Shown here: positions 63,541-64,000 of the stretch, in pieces | Position numbering within the stretch: position 1 is the first letter of the stretch | Layout of the letters: every line of letters starts with the position of its first letter | Source of the DNA: Cyclobacteriaceae bacterium | Lineage (GTDB): Bacteria > Bacteroidota > Bacteroidia > Cytophagales > Cyclobacteriaceae | Direction of reading: 5' to 3' | Assembly (NCBI GenBank): GCA_016787605.1 | Contig: JAEUUE010000119.1 | Span: 40,267-104,266, forward strand | DNA: 64,000 nt | Notes under the pieces: generated by a model | The model's input: only the letters and a program-made list of their open reading frames with translations | The model's database searches: none | Told to the model about the DNA's origin: nothing | Program-made: the position numbers and the translations under genes

Positions 63541-63992
63541 TGAAACTTCATAGGCTCAACATCCCGGTCCAGGTATGGATCATTGGAATCGTGTGGCTGG
63601 CCGGATGCGCCGCCAAACCCCAGCCCCTGAACTATGGCTCCGACGCGTGTCACTCCTGCAAAATGACGCTGGCCGACAAGCGTTTTGGTGCTGAGCTCGT
63701 TACCAAGAAGGGAAAGGTCTTTGTATTCGATGACCTCAATTGCATGCTTTCCTATTACCATTCACCCGACCTGGATCCGGCCGACCTGGCCTTTACCCTG
63801 GTGATCGACTATGAGCACCCGGAGGAATTCCTCGAGGCCGGGCAAACCTTTTTCGTCAAGTCGGACCAACTGCGCACCCCCATGAACAGCCAGGTGGCAG
63901 CCTTCCATTCCTACCAGGATGCCATGCAGTTCAAGCGGGAAAAGGGAGGGATTCTGCTGGGGTGGGCGGAAGTGACAACACAGTTCAAGTAA
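63540..63992 (+). CDS. nosL: copper chaperone lipoprotein NosL
   Basis: Lipobox WLAGCAA, plus CHSCKM and the FVFDDLNCM motif. TAATG overlap with the upstream gene. Confidence 0.8.
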   Translation: MKLHRLNIPVQVWIIGIVWLAGCAAKPQPLNYGSDACHSCKMTLADKRFGAELVTKKGKVFVFDDLNCMLSYYHSPDLDPADLAFTLVIDYEHPEEFLEAGQTFFVKSDQLRTPMNSQVAAFHSYQDAMQFKREKGGILLGWAEVTTQFK

Positions 63993-64000
63993 ATTGCCCC

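Overview
This 64-kb chromosomal window reads like a moderately GC-rich Bacteroidota genome. Supporting signs are TAnnTTTG-type -7 promoter boxes with short leaders, a type III glutamine synthetase, a CarboxypepD_reg-type TonB-dependent receptor with a DUF4249 partner, many lipobox lipoproteins, and a Sec-type clade II NosZ. I call about 64 protein genes and one tRNA-Glu(UUC). I saw no rRNA, CRISPR array, transposase, integrase or phage structural gene. The left two thirds hold housekeeping and envelope genes: pdeM-like, CapA-like, an amidohydrolase, an ArnC/ArnT-like lipid-linked glycosylation cluster, glnN, an S41 protease, fabH, leuS, a Rieske oxygenase, TBDR/DUF4249, PDH E2, hslV, an aminotransferase, a fasciclin protein, gap, an ECF sigma module, TonB, TlpA, an AI-2E transporter, a CHAD protein and MlaFED. 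The right end (about 51.3-64 kb) is a low-oxygen/denitrification neighbourhood. It holds three tandem-USP genes, a Rnk/GreA-like protein, a usp-ccoI-(CoA transferase)-ccoS operon, and cytochrome c-nosZ-nosB-like-nosL. I found no clear defence-type or mobile novel system. The signals most worth following up are listed here. (1) Four FNR/CRP-type 14-bp palindromes sit in front of the USP genes and the nos operon. (2) A 1003-aa outer-membrane protein combines an HEXXH domain, PD40 propeller repeats and a C-terminal barrel with a BamA-like VRG motif. (3) An ECF sigma gene is coupled to a membrane-anchored YCII/DGPF-domain protein that has no classical anti-sigma domain. (4) Unusual degenerate heptamer repeat blocks lie in intergenic DNA. 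(5) A Francisella flm-like lipid-linked sugar transfer cluster lacks any sugar-biosynthesis genes. All functional calls come from motif and family recognition by eye. No database search was run.
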